Notes under the pieces: generated by a model | The model's input: the letters and a program-made list of their open reading frames with translations, nothing else | The model's database searches: none | Told to the model about the DNA's origin: nothing | Program-made: the position numbers and the translations under genes | Part shown: positions 19,117 to 29,400 of the stretch, piece after piece | Layout of the letters: each line of letters begins with the position of its first letter | Position numbering within the stretch: position 1 is the first letter of the stretch | From: an uncultured delta proteobacterium | Lineage (GTDB): Bacteria > Myxococcota_A > Polyangia > Fen-1088 | DNA: 64,000 nt | Direction: 5' to 3' | Assembly (NCBI GenBank): GCA_963767925.1 | Contig: CAVYGB010000001.1 | Location: 64,001-128,000, forward strand

Positions 19117-21050
19117 GGGCGGGGCGGGCCGGGGCGAGCAGTGGGCCCGGCGGGCCCAGACCCTGCTCGTGCTGGCCGCGCTGGTGGTGTTGCTGGGGAT
19201 CGCCTCCCCGCACTTCCTGCGCTCGGAGAACCTGCTCAACGTCGCCCAGCAGTCGGCCATCAACGCCATCCTCGGCATCGGGCTGACCTTCGTGATCATC
19301 TCGGCCGGGATCGACCTCTCGGTGGGGTCGGTGCTGGCGCTGGCCGGGCTGGTGCACCGCCGACCTGCTGGTGCGGGGGGTGCCCGCGCCGGTGGCGGCG
19401 GCGGCCGGGGTGGGGCTGGGCAGCGCCCTCGGCATGGTCAACGGCCTCGTCACCACTCTGGGGCGCATCCCGCCCTTCATCAGCACGCTCGGCATGATGC
19501 TGGTGGCCCGCAGCGCCGCCGCCGTGTACAGCGGATCGACCCCCATCAGCGGCCTGCCCGAGGGCTTCCGCCTGCTGTCGGGCAAGATCGCCGGCGTCCC
19601 GGTCTTCATCCTGGCGGTGGCGCTGCTGTACGGGCTGGCCCACTTCGTCCTCACCCGCACCAAGCTCGGCCGTTACGCCTACGCCATCGGCGGCAACGAG
19701 CAGGCCGCCTGGCTCAGCGGGGTGCGCACGGGGCACTACAAGGTCGCCCTCTACGCGCTGTCGGGGGGCTGCGCCGGCATCGCCGCCGTGTTGCTGACCG
19801 CCCGCCTCAACGCCGCTTCGCCCCTGGCCGGCGAGATGTACGAGCTGTACGCCATCGCCGCCGCCGTCATCGGCGGCACCAGCCTGATGGGCGGCGAGGG
19901 GCGGGTGCTGGGGACGCTGATCGGCGCCCTGGTCATGGCGGTGCTGCGCAACGGGCTCAACCTGCTCAACGTCCCCTCGTCGTGGGAGGGGGTGGTGGTG
20001 GGGGCGGTGCTGATCTCGGCGGTCATCGTCGACCGGGCCCGCCACCGGACGGGGCCGCCCGCCGGGGCCTCGCGCTGGCGGCGGCACCGGGCTCGCTTCG
20101 CGCTGGGGGCGCTGTTCGCGGGGTTGCTGGTGGTGGCCATCGCCCATCGGACCGGCCGCGGCGGCGACACGATCACGGTGGCCTTCGTGCCCAAGCAGAT
20201 CGGCAGCCCCTTCTGGGTCACCATGCGGGCGGGGGCGGAGGCGGAGGCCCGCCGCCTGGGGGTGCGCCTGCTGACCCTGGCCCCCGACCGCGAGACCGAC
20301 GTCGAGCGCCAGCACCAGATCATCGAGAACCTGATCGAGCAGGGGGTCGACGCGCTGGTGGTGGCGCCCGCGGGGGCCAAGGAGGTGGTGCCGGCGGTCA
20401 AGAAGGCCAACCGGGCCGGCATCCCGGTGCTCGTCGTCGACTCGGACATCCACCGGGCCACGGCCGCCGCGGCCGGCGCCGCCACGCTGACCTACATCGG
20501 CTCGGACAACGTCGCCGGCGGGCGGATGGCAGCCGAGGCGGTGGCGCGCTGGCTGGGCGAGCAGGGCGAGGTGGCGGTGCTGGAGGGGACGCCCGGGCAC
20601 GAGAGCACCGATCAGCGGCGCCAGGGCTTCACCGAGGCGCTGGCCCGGCACCCCGGGCTGCGGCTCGTGGCGGCCCAGACCGCCTCGGCCGAGCGGGCGC
20701 GCGGCTTCACGGTGGCCCAGAACATCCTGCAGGCCCACCCCGGGCTGGGCGCCATCTTCGGAGCCAACGACGAGATGGCCCTCGGCGCCCTCGAGGCGGT
20801 GGCCGCCGCCGGCCGGAGCGACCGGGTGAAGGTGGTCGGCTTCGACGCCTCCCCCGACGCCGTCAGCAACATCCGCGCCGGGCGCATGGCCGGGTCGGTG
20901 GCCCAGTTCCCGAGCGAGATGGGGCGCCTGGGCGTGCTGGCGGCCTACGACCTGGTGGTGGGCCGCAAGCAGCCCGCCCAGGTGCTGCACACGAAGGTCG
21001 AATTGATCGACGCCGCGAACGTGGAAAGCTTCGCCGCGAGCCTGAAGTGA
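19113..21050 (+). CDS. Sugar ABC permease (RbsC-like) fused to periplasmic binding protein (RbsB-like); 5' part frameshifted
   Basis: [37 protein letters not shown], then in the same frame [35 protein letters not shown]. Confidence 0.85.
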
Positions 21051-21057
21051 GCGCCAC

Positions 21058-22548
21058 ATGACGGGGGAGGGCAGGCGCGAGCCGCGGGTGGCGATGTGGG
21101 GCATCGAGAAGAGCTTCCCGGGCGTGCGCGCCTTGCGGGGGGTCAGCCTGTCGGTGCAGCCGGGGGAGGTGCACGTGCTGCTCGGGGAGAACGGGGCCGG
21201 CAAGTCGACGCTGATGAAGGTCCTCACCGGCCAGATCGCGCCCGACGCGGGCCACATGGAGCTGGACGGCGGCCCCTACCAGCCGGCCTCGCCGCTGGCC
21301 GCGCAGCGGGCGGGGATCGCCATGATCCACCAGGAGCTGAGCATCATCCCGGCCCTCACGGTGGGCGAGAACATCCTGCTGGGCGACGAGCCGGCGCGGG
21401 CCGGCGTGATCGATGGGCGGGCGCAGCAGCGGCGGGCCCGGGCCCTGCTGGCCGAGGTAACCTCCGACCTGCACCCTGACACCCCCGCCGCCGCGCTGTC
21501 GGTGGCGCAGCGCCAGGTGGTGGAGATCGCCAAGGCGCTCCGGCACGAGGCGCGGGTGCTGGTGATGGACGAGCCGACGGCGGCGCTGTCGGACGGGGAG
21601 ACCGCCCGGCTGTTCCAGGTCATCCGCGGGCTGACCGCCCGGGGAGTGTCCGTGTTGTACATCTCCCACCGCATGCCGGAGATCTTCAGCCTCGGCGATC
21701 GGGTCACCGTCCTGCGCGACGGCGCCACCATCGAGACGGTGGCGGTGGCGGGCACCTCGGTCGCCGCCCTCATCGCCGCCATGGTGGGCCGCCCGGTCGG
21801 CGAGCGGGTCCCCAAGCGCCGGGTCGAGCCGGGGCCGGTCGCCTTGCAGGTCGAGGACCTGACCCGCGGCCCCATCGGGCCGGTGCGCTTCGAGGTGCGG
21901 GCGGGCGAGATCTTCGGCCTGGCCGGGCTGATGGGCTCGGGCCGCACCGAGGTGGCGCGGGCCATCTTCGGGGCCGACCCGCCGAGCGGCGGCCTGGTGC
22001 GGGTGGCGGGCCGCCAGCTCGCCGGGACGGTGGGCGACGCCATCGACGCGGGGGTGGGCTTCGTGACCGAGGACCGCAAGGGTCAGGGGCTGTTGCTCGA
22101 GGGCTCGGCCGCCGCCAACCTCACCCTCGCCACCTTGCAGGGCCTGTGTCGGGCCGGGGTGATCGATCTGCCCCGCGAGGCGTCGGTGGCCGAGGACCTG
22201 CGCGCGCGCCTAACCATTCGCCTGGCCTCGGTGCACCAGCTCGCCCGCACCCTGTCGGGCGGCAATCAGCAGAAGGTGATCATCGGGCGCTGGCTGGCGG
22301 CCCGCTGCCGTGTCCTGATCCTCGACGAGCCGACCCGGGGGGTGGACGTGGGGGCCAAGGCGGAGATCTACGAGCTGATCGGGGACCTGGCGCAAAAGGG
22401 GGTGGCCCTGCTGCTGATCTCGAGCGACCTGCCGGAGGTGCTGGGGCTGGCCGATCGGATCGGCGTCATGCGGGCGGGGCGGCTGGCCGGCGTGCTCGCC
22501 GCGGGCGAGGCCTCGTCCGAGCGGGTCATGTCGCTGGCGGTGGGCTGA
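21058..22548 (+). CDS. Sugar ABC transporter ATP-binding protein (RbsA/MglA-type, two ABC domains)
   Basis: [42 protein letters not shown]. Confidence 0.95.
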   Translation: MTGEGRREPRVAMWGIEKSFPGVRALRGVSLSVQPGEVHVLLGENGAGKSTLMKVLTGQIAPDAGHMELDGGPYQPASPLAAQRAGIAMIHQELSIIPALTVGENILLGDEPARAGVIDGRAQQRRARALLAEVTSDLHPDTPAAALSVAQRQVVEIAKALRHEARVLVMDEPTAALSDGETARLFQVIRGLTARGVSVLYISHRMPEIFSLGDRVTVLRDGATIETVAVAGTSVAALIAAMVGRPVGERVPKRRVEPGPVALQVEDLTRGPIGPVRFEVRAGEIFGLAGLMGSGRTEVARAIFGADPPSGGLVRVAGRQLAGTVGDAIDAGVGFVTEDRKGQGLLLEGSAAANLTLATLQGLCRAGVIDLPREASVAEDLRARLTIRLASVHQLARTLSGGNQQKVIIGRWLAARCRVLILDEPTRGVDVGAKAEIYELIGDLAQKGVALLLISSDLPEVLGLADRIGVMRAGRLAGVLAAGEASSERVMSLAVG

Positions 22549-22623
22549 GCGCCGGTCGAACCGGTCGCCACCGACGGGAGACGGGTTCAGCCGGGGCGCC
22601 CTCCTTCCGATGAGCGGGGGGAC

Positions 22624-23142
22624 ATGCCCGTACTTCCGGCCCTGCGCCTGCGACGTGACGAGGTCTGGTGCCTGAGCTGGCGCAACTGCACCCTCACCCT
22701 CTGGCAACGCGTGACGGTCGAGGGGCTGCAGGCGGTGCACGAGGTGACCCAGCAGCTCCGGGGATCGTTTCCGCAAGGTCTGGTGACGGTTTCTTGCATG
22801 TTGCCGGGAGCGCCGGTGTTGCCGTCGTCCGAGGCGCGGACCGAGTCGCTGCGGCTGATGAACGAGACCCGCGGGGTGGTGAAGGCCTCGGCGGCGGTGT
22901 TCGAGGGGACCGGGCTGGTGCTCGCCACGGCGCGCGTCTTCATCTCGGCGCTGATGGTCGCGGCCACGCGCTCGCACCACACCTTCAAGGTCTTCGCGAC
23001 GCTCGAGAAGGTTCCCTACTGGATCGCCCCCTACATGGAGAAAAATCCCAGTCCCCAGCTCATGAGCGAGCTCGGCGAGGCGCTCACGCGCGGGCGGGCC
23101 ATGCGCCGGGCGGTCGCGCAGGTCGGCCAGCCTGCGCGCTGA
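22624..23142 (+). CDS. Hypothetical protein, possible STAS/SEC14-like fold
   Basis: Coding-like ORF with GGGGGA upstream; AAVFEGTG and FKVF pattern. Confidence 0.6.
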   Translation: MPVLPALRLRRDEVWCLSWRNCTLTLWQRVTVEGLQAVHEVTQQLRGSFPQGLVTVSCMLPGAPVLPSSEARTESLRLMNETRGVVKASAAVFEGTGLVLATARVFISALMVAATRSHHTFKVFATLEKVPYWIAPYMEKNPSPQLMSELGEALTRGRAMRRAVAQVGQPAR

Positions 23143-23174
23143 GCCAGCCCTTCTCTCTCGAAATCGTCAAATGA

Positions 23175-23882
23175 TTGGCGCAAACTAGGGAGACTGTGGC
23201 GGCCGGAGAGTCTTTCCTGGCGACGCAGGTCGCCTTCCTGGTCATCAGCGGTGTATCCGCGGCGGTCCTCGCCGGCGGCGCGGTCTGGACGGTGATTCGC
23301 TCTGCCCGTGCGGCGCTGGCCTACGGGCGGACCGTGCTGCGGCCGCGGCTGATCGGCCGCTGGGTGTCCCGCAAGTTCAGGGCCATCCCGCGGGTCTCGG
23401 GGCGGCCCGCCCTGCCGGTGGGGACGCTGGTGCGGCTACGCGGCCGCGTCGAGGCCGAGTCGATTCACCGGGCCGAGTTCAGCGGCCTGGCCAGCGTGGT
23501 CTGCCGTCACGAGTTCGGCGAGGTCGGCGGCGGCGGCGCGGGCGATGGCTTCTCGGTGCGCGACTTCCTGCTGCGGCTGGAAGACGGCCATGGGGTGCGG
23601 GTGCGCGCGCAGGACGCGGCGGCTCGGCGGGTGCTGGCGCTGGTCGACCAGCAGCCGCAGCGGTGGAACGGGTCGGGCAGCGGCGATGGGTGGTTCTGGG
23701 AGTCGCGGCTGGGGCCCGGGGATGAGCTGGAGGTGATCGGGCGGCTGCAGCAGGAGCTGGACGCGACGATCGCGCGCATCAGCGATCGGCAGCCGGCGCT
23801 GGGGTGGACGGTGGCGGCGGGGCAGGAGGGGTTGTTTCTGTGTTTTGCTACGCGGCCTGGGTTGGCGGCGGCGTCCTCGTAA
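23175..23882 (+). CDS. Hypothetical membrane protein, possible GIDE-like domain
   Basis: N-terminal TM; LVRLRGRV, DFLLRLEDG, ESRLGPGDELEVIG. Start uncertain. Confidence 0.55.
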   Translation: MAQTRETVAAGESFLATQVAFLVISGVSAAVLAGGAVWTVIRSARAALAYGRTVLRPRLIGRWVSRKFRAIPRVSGRPALPVGTLVRLRGRVEAESIHRAEFSGLASVVCRHEFGEVGGGGAGDGFSVRDFLLRLEDGHGVRVRAQDAAARRVLALVDQQPQRWNGSGSGDGWFWESRLGPGDELEVIGRLQQELDATIARISDRQPALGWTVAAGQEGLFLCFATRPGLAAASS

Positions 23883-24035
23883 GGCACGCGTTCCCGGGAA
23901 CGGGGACGGATACGAGGACAGGACGGACGCCGGGGGCTTAGAGCGAGCCGCAGAAACCTGTGAATTACGCATGAGACGCAGCGTTGAAGGCAATCAGGGC
24001 GCAGGCGAGGTGAACGAAAATCACTGCCGCGGCTG

Positions 24036-24212
24036 TCGAGGTCGAGGTCGTGGTCGTGGTCGTGGTCGAGCGCGAGTTCGAGTTCGTGTGTGGTGCGCGT
24101 GTCTCGGCTCGCCGGCCTCGGCTCGCGTAATTCCGCGCACGAGAACCGCGAACCGCTAGCCGCTCGCCTCACACGAACTCGAACTCGAACACGCGCTCGC
24201 ACACGACCACGC
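24036..24212. repeat. Inverted pair of degenerate hexamer tracts (GTCGTG/GTCGAG...CTCGAA/CACGAC)
   Basis: GTCGAGGTCGAGGTCGTGGTCGTGG...GAGTTCGAGTTCGTGTG followed by complementary CACACGAACTCGAACTCG, between convergent genes. Confidence 0.75.
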
Positions 24213-24277
24213 GTACCGATCTCCGTATCTCACGTCCTAGGCTATGACAGATTTCCACAGGTTTCTGCGGCTCGCTC

Positions 24278-24718
24278 TTAGCCGCCGGGGCCGTCGGCCA
24301 TGATGTAGCCCTGCAGGTCATCGACCTTGACCTCCAGTGAGCCAAGCAGGGCGTACAGCAGGTAGCGGAGCGCCACGAGGCCCAGCAGGTCGCCGTCCTC
24401 GTCGACGACCGCGAGGTGGCGAATGTGCTCGGCCTGCATGATGCCGGCGGCGTCGGCCACGGTGGCGTGCATGGAGATGGTCTGGACGGGGAAGGTCATC
24501 ACCTCGCCCACCGAGACGCGATCCGGATCGCGGCCGGGCCAGACGACGCGGACCATGAGGTCGCGCTCGGTGAAGATCCCGACGATCTTGCGGCCCTCCG
24601 TGATGGCCACCGCGCCGACTTCGCCCTCGACCATCATGCGGACGACGGAGCGGACCGAGGCCGCGGGTGGCGCCTCCGGCCGGGCGTGAACGAGATGAAG
24701 CAATTCGCTTTCCAGCAT
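24278..24718 (-). CDS. CBS-domain protein
   Basis: VGAVAI, VGIFTERDL, VGEVMT, IRHLAVVD. Confidence 0.9.
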   Translation of the reverse strand: MLESELLHLVHARPEAPPAASVRSVVRMMVEGEVGAVAITEGRKIVGIFTERDLMVRVVWPGRDPDRVSVGEVMTFPVQTISMHATVADAAGIMQAEHIRHLAVVDEDGDLLGLVALRYLLYALLGSLEVKVDDLQGYIMADGPGG

Positions 24719-24747
24719 TGGGTGCCCCTGGGCTGCATGCAGGGAGC

Positions 24748-24763
24748 TACAACGACCGTGCCA
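24748..24763 (-). promoter_or_regulatory. Possible sigma54 promoter
   Basis: Minus strand TGGCACG-GTCG-TTGTA about 30 bp above the ATG; -12 is TTGT rather than TTGC. Confidence 0.35.
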
Positions 24764-25022
24764 CTGCCTGGTCTCGGGCCTTTCCGCGACTTTCTTCCCG
24801 GCGCGCGGCGGGGTGGTCCGGAGCTCGGTAGCGTTTCTGGTGGCGACCGTCACGAACTCTGCACGCCCCGGTTTCGGCGGGCGGACGGTTCAATCGTCTC
24901 GCTCATCGTGTCGCCGTTTGTCGCGCTGTCCGGGGGGTGTGGTGGTCTTGTACAAGTCGGCGATGGGACATAACTTCTCAACGATCCGGACCGGATTCAC
25001 GAAGACGTAGCGAGGCTGTTTC

Positions 25023-25481
25023 ATGAAAGACCACACGCCGACCCCGTTGCCTCTCAAGCGAACCAGCGAATACGCCCCGGTGGCGTATCGGCCGGACCGA
25101 CCGATGGTGCTCGTCGTCGACGACGACTGGGCGATCTGTGACGCGGTCAAGGAGACGCTCGAGGACGCTGGCTTCGACGCGACCTGCGTCGAGAACGGGG
25201 AGGTCGCGCTCCAGCACCTGTCGCGCGAGCCGGCGCCCTCGGCGATCCTCCTCGATCTGTTCATGCCGGTCATGGACGGCTGGACCTTCGCCGACCGCCT
25301 GCGGGCCAACCCCGGGCTGAACCAGATCCCCGTCATCGTGATGACCGCCTCGGGACCCCACTGGGGGTACCCGGCGGCCCGGGTGTTGCACAAGCCGATC
25401 TACGGCAACGAGCTGGTGGCGGCCGTGCAGAAGGCGATCGAGGCGGGCCAGGCCGGCGGCGGGGCGAGCGCGAGCCTCTGA
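25023..25481 (+). CDS. Single-domain response regulator (receiver)
   Basis: VLVVDDD, ILLDLFMPVMDG, VMTAS, LHKP. Confidence 0.92.
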   Translation: MKDHTPTPLPLKRTSEYAPVAYRPDRPMVLVVDDDWAICDAVKETLEDAGFDATCVENGEVALQHLSREPAPSAILLDLFMPVMDGWTFADRLRANPGLNQIPVIVMTASGPHWGYPAARVLHKPIYGNELVAAVQKAIEAGQAGGGASASL

Positions 25482-25531
25482 GCGCGGGCCAGACCCATCT
25501 TCGAGACCGAGACAAACCAGGGAGGTGCACG

Positions 25532-26047
25532 ATGGCCGAGGGCACGGGACGACGGCGAGGCACGGACAGCGACCTGCAGGGCGACATCGAAGACGAGATG
25601 CTGGCCTCCGGTCGCACCCACTACCAGCCGCGAGAAGGGCTGTCGGGCGCGCACGCTCAGCGCCGCCAGGGCCTCGGCGCCGACCCCGAGCAGGGTGAGC
25701 GCGAGCCGGGCAGCGGCGGCACCCACGTGGCACCCACCCGCAAGGCAGAGATGCGCGAAGCCACGCGGCACCGCCTGGAGCACCAGGTGGGCCACCTGGC
25801 CGCCGGCGAGGCCGAGGGGGTCGTGCGCCAGTACCGCAGCCGCTTCGCCACCCGCGAGGCGCTCGACGGGATCGCGGCCGAGGCCGACGAACTGATGGCC
25901 AGGCTCCGCCTCACCGCCGAGGGCCGGGCTCTGCCCTGGAGCCGCCGCGCCGGCGACTGGCTCTGGCAACACCGCATCGCCGTGGCCGTCGGCCTGGGCG
26001 CTGCCCTCCTCACCACCGGCTGCGTGGCCCTCGCCCGCCGCCGCTGA
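25532..26047 (+). CDS. Hypothetical protein with C-terminal TM anchor
   Basis: GGGAGG RBS; C-terminal IAVAVGLGAALLTTGCVALARRR. Confidence 0.6.
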   Translation: MAEGTGRRRGTDSDLQGDIEDEMLASGRTHYQPREGLSGAHAQRRQGLGADPEQGEREPGSGGTHVAPTRKAEMREATRHRLEHQVGHLAAGEAEGVVRQYRSRFATREALDGIAAEADELMARLRLTAEGRALPWSRRAGDWLWQHRIAVAVGLGAALLTTGCVALARRR

Positions 26048-26055
26048 GACCCCGG

Positions 26056-26219
26056 CCCCCTCACCCCACCCTCTCCCCGCTGCGCGGGGCGAGGCGAACG
26101 GGCAGCGGGGAGCGAAGATTCTCGAGAAGACCCACGGAGCCGGCCTGCGAGGATGAAGGGGGACCTCGCTGATTGTTCGCCCTCGCCCCGCGGCAGCGGG
26201 GAGAGGGGGGCGTCAGGGG
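26056..26219. repeat. REP-like inverted doublet, family C
   Basis: CCCTCACCCCACCCTCTCCCCGCTGCGCGGGGCGAGG and inverted CCTCGCCCCGCGGCAGCGGGGAGAGGG; near-identical pair at 52935-53142. Confidence 0.85.
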
Positions 26220-26247
26220 TCTGAGCGGGGTCGTGCAAAGCCGCCTT

Positions 26248-26970
26248 TCAGGCGGCGTCGTGGAAGATGAGGCCGAGGGTGAGGCGGTGGCCGCTGCGCA
26301 GGACGCTGACCCCGTGGCGCATGGGTGCGGTCGACCACCCGCGGGCGGAGCGCAGGGGGCGGTCCCGGGTGGTGAAGACGATGGCGTGGCCCTGGGGCAG
26401 GGGGGCGGTGGTGCCGCGGGACTGGGCGCGGGGGCGTTGCTCCACCACCAGGAACTCGCCGCCGGTGTAGTCCACCTCCGGGCGGTCGAGCCCGATCACC
26501 ACTTGTAGAGGGAAGACCAGGTCGCCGTAGAGGTCGCGGTGCAGGGCGTTCCAGTCGCCGGGGCCGTAGCGGAGCAGGAGCGGGGTGGGGCGGCTCTGAC
26601 CGGCCTGCGCGCATTGGCGCAGCCAGGCCTCCAGCTTGTCGGGCCAGGGCTGCGGCCGGCCCAGGCGCGCGGCCCAGTCCCGGGCGATCGGCAGCAGGTG
26701 CGGCCAGAAGGCCGCCCGGAGCTGCGTGACGAGCCGGGGCAACGGCCGATCGAAGTAGCGGTATTGCCCCTGGCCGAAGCGGTGGCGGGCCATGTCCACG
26801 GTGGCGCGGAAGCGGCGCTCGTCGTCGTACAGCTCGTGCAGCGCCCGGCAGTCGCCCGGCGTGAGCACCGGTCCGGCGGTGCTGGCGCAGCCCAGCTCGT
26901 CCAGGTCGGCCTGGATGCGGGCCCAGGGGAGCGCGTCGACCCTCCGGCGGGAGGACAGTTGTGTCGGCAC
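26248..26970 (-). CDS. 2OG-Fe(II) oxygenase (DUF2086-type)
   Basis: WNALHRDLYGDLVFPLQ (HxD), GGEFLVVEQRPRAQSR, MRHGVS, GLIFHDA. Confidence 0.9.
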   Translation of the reverse strand: MPTQLSSRRRVDALPWARIQADLDELGCASTAGPVLTPGDCRALHELYDDERRFRATVDMARHRFGQGQYRYFDRPLPRLVTQLRAAFWPHLLPIARDWAARLGRPQPWPDKLEAWLRQCAQAGQSRPTPLLLRYGPGDWNALHRDLYGDLVFPLQVVIGLDRPEVDYTGGEFLVVEQRPRAQSRGTTAPLPQGHAIVFTTRDRPLRSARGWSTAPMRHGVSVLRSGHRLTLGLIFHDAA

Positions 26971-27123
26971 CGGCCCAGCATAGCGAACCGACGAAGCGCT
27001 ACCGCGATCTGTTCATCGGCAAGGGGGCCGATCCGGGCCCCGACCTGCCCTGGGTGGCGGGGCAGGTCGGCGGCACGTCGATCTACCCGAGCCTGTTGCG
27101 CCTCCCCGCTGGCCTTCCCCATT

Positions 27124-27221
27124 CGCTTCCGCTTCCGCTTCCGCTTCCGCTTCCGCTTCCTCTTCCTCTTCCTCTTCCTCTTCCTGCTTCCGCTTCCGCT
27201 TCCGCTTCCTCTTCCGCTTCC
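27124..27221. repeat. Pyrimidine-rich hexamer microsatellite (CTTCCG/CTTCCT)n
   Basis: About 16 hexamer units read directly. Confidence 0.9.
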
Positions 27222-27247
27222 TCTTTCCTGAGGGGAGGGTGGGAGCG

Positions 27248-28045
27248 TCAGCCGGCGAGGCGGGTGAGGTCGAGCGTGGCCCAGGCGGGGGCGTGGTCGC
27301 TGGCGTCGGGCAGGTCCCGGACCCAGTCGTGCACGCCGGTGGTCAGCAGCGCGGGGGTGATCGACGGGCTGAGCAGCAGGTGGTCGAGGCGCAGGCCGGC
27401 GTTGCGGGCCCGGTGTTGCCGGAGATACGACCAGAAGGTGTAGACGCTCTCGTCGGGGTGCTGGGCGCGGAGGGCGTCGAGCCAGCCCTGCTCGAGCAGG
27501 CGCTGGTAGGCGGCGCGGCTCTCGGGCTGCAGCAGGGCGTTCTTGCGCCAGGACTTCGGGTTGTAGATGTCGAAGTCGGTGGGGACGACGTTGTAGTCGC
27601 CGGCGAGCACCACCGGGTGGCCGCTGCCGAGGAGGGCGGCGGCGTGGGCCAGCAGCCGCTCGAACCAGGCGAGCTTGTAGCTGAACTTGGGGCCGGGCCA
27701 GGGGTTGCCGTTGGGCAGGTACAGGCAGGCGACGAGGACCCCGTTGACGGCAGCCTCCAGGTAGCGGCACTGGCGATCGGCGGGGTCGCCGGGCAGCTCG
27801 CGCCGGGTCTCGACCGGGGTGCTGCCGCGGGCCAGGATGGCGACGCCGTTCCAGGAGCTCTCGCCGTGGAAGCGCGCCCCGTAGCCGGCGGCCCGGAGGG
27901 CGGCGACGGGGAAGCGGGTGTCGACGACCTTCGTCTCCTGCAGACAGACCACGTCGGGCGCCTCGTCGGCCAGCCAGCGCAGGAGCTGGGGCAGGCGGCG
28001 CTCGATGTTGTTGATGTTGAAGGTGGCCAGGGTGAGGGGAGGCAT
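27248..28045 (-). CDS. xth: Exodeoxyribonuclease III
   Basis: ATFNIN, CLQETK, NGVAILAR, LYLPNG, GDYNV, YTFWSY, GLRLDHLL, SDHAP. Confidence 0.95.
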   Translation of the reverse strand: MPPLTLATFNINNIERRLPQLLRWLADEAPDVVCLQETKVVDTRFPVAALRAAGYGARFHGESSWNGVAILARGSTPVETRRELPGDPADRQCRYLEAAVNGVLVACLYLPNGNPWPGPKFSYKLAWFERLLAHAAALLGSGHPVVLAGDYNVVPTDFDIYNPKSWRKNALLQPESRAAYQRLLEQGWLDALRAQHPDESVYTFWSYLRQHRARNAGLRLDHLLLSPSITPALLTTGVHDWVRDLPDASDHAPAWATLDLTRLAG

Positions 28046-28395
28046 CGCCGCGCGGGGCTTGTGACAGTTCTGTGCATGGCGGGAACCGGCTCGGGTTCGG
28101 GCCTGCGACCCGCGTATATATCAACCGAACGGGAGGGACGCCTGACCCAGGCCTCGACCGACGACGAGGGGCTCGTGTGCGCCTTCGGGCTCGCGCCGGC
28201 CGTGCGCCGCGCCGAGCAGGCGTTGCCGCGCGACCCGGAGGGGCCGCCGATGTGGTGCAAGAGGAGCTCGGCGCCGGCCTCACCGAGGTCACCAACCGCA
28301 ACCTGCTCGTCCTGTCGATCGTGACGACGATCCTGCTGGTGAAACAGGGCCGGGCCTCATGGCCGGGGGCAGGGCGAAGGCCCAGGGTGGGGGGC

Positions 28396-29400
28396 ATGAA
28401 CCGACGCGAATTCGTGGGGATCCTGGCGGCCGGGGCGGCGGGGGGGGCGGGCAGCGCCTGGCCGGAGTCGGCGGGGGCGGCGCCCGGGGCGATCGCGAAG
28501 CGGCGCCTGGGGCGCACCGGTGTCGAGGTCTCGATGCTGGGCCTGGGCGGCCACCACATCGGCCGGCCCAAGGAGGAGCAGGAGGGCATCCGCCTGGTGC
28601 AGATGGCGATCGACAACGGCATCACCTTCCTCGACAACTGCTGGGACTACAACGAGGGGCGCAGCGAGGCCTGGATGGGCAAGGCCCTGCGCGGGGCCTA
28701 CCGCAAGCAGGCCTTCCTCATGACCAAGCTCGACGGGCGGACGAAGAAGTCGGCGGCCGAGCAGCTCGACCAGAGCCTGCGCCGGCTGCAGACCGAGATG
28801 ATCGATCTGGTGCAGATCCACGAGGTCATCCGGGGTGAAGACGTCACCCGGTCGTTCGAGGCGGGCGGGGCGATGGAAGCCCTGTTCGAGGCGCGCAAGG
28901 CCGGCAAGCTGAAGTACATCGGGTTCACCGGGCACAAGGATCCGAAGTTCCACCTGGCGATGATCGAGGCCGGGCTGAAGGCCGGGTTCACCTTCGATGC
29001 CGTCCAGATGCCCCTCAACGTGATGGACGCCCACTACCGCAGCTTCGAGAAGGAGGTGCTGCCGGTGTGCCAGAAACACGACATCGGCGTGCTGGGCATG
29101 AAGCCGATGGGCGACGGGGTGGTCCTGGAGAGCAAGGTTGTCGACGCCCGGGAGTGCTTGCGCTACGCCCTCAGCCTGCCCATCGCGGTGGTCATCACCG
29201 GCTGCGAGAAGGTCCCCATCCTCCAGCAGGCCATCGACGTCGGCAAGACCTTCAAGCCGCTCGGCGAGGCGGAGCGGAAGGCGCTGCTGGCGCGCACGGC
29301 GCCCCTGGCGGTGGCGGGGAAGTTCGAGCCGTTCAAGAACACCAGCCGCTTCGACGGGACCGCCCAGAACCCGCACTGGCTGGAGACGGCCCGGCTCTAG
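28396..29400 (+). CDS. Aldo/keto reductase with Tat signal
   Basis: MNRREFVG, RRLGRTG, GITFLDNCWDY, SLRRLQT, IGFTGH, GMKPMG. Confidence 0.93.
   Translation: MNRREFVGILAAGAAGGAGSAWPESAGAAPGAIAKRRLGRTGVEVSMLGLGGHHIGRPKEEQEGIRLVQMAIDNGITFLDNCWDYNEGRSEAWMGKALRGAYRKQAFLMTKLDGRTKKSAAEQLDQSLRRLQTEMIDLVQIHEVIRGEDVTRSFEAGGAMEALFEARKAGKLKYIGFTGHKDPKFHLAMIEAGLKAGFTFDAVQMPLNVMDAHYRSFEKEVLPVCQKHDIGVLGMKPMGDGVVLESKVVDARECLRYALSLPIAVVITGCEKVPILQQAIDVGKTFKPLGEAERKALLARTAPLAVAGKFEPFKNTSRFDGTAQNPHWLETARL

Noticed and set aside
16050..19400. Multiple frameshifts in panP, miox and the permease as pseudogenisation or programmed recoding
   Set aside because: Dense single-base indels in otherwise well-conserved, full-length genes, confined to one zone; best explained as long-read consensus error.
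26496..28637. 713-aa ORF with a poly-KR tract
   Set aside because: Produced by reading through the microsatellite and out-of-frame over xth and the oxygenase.
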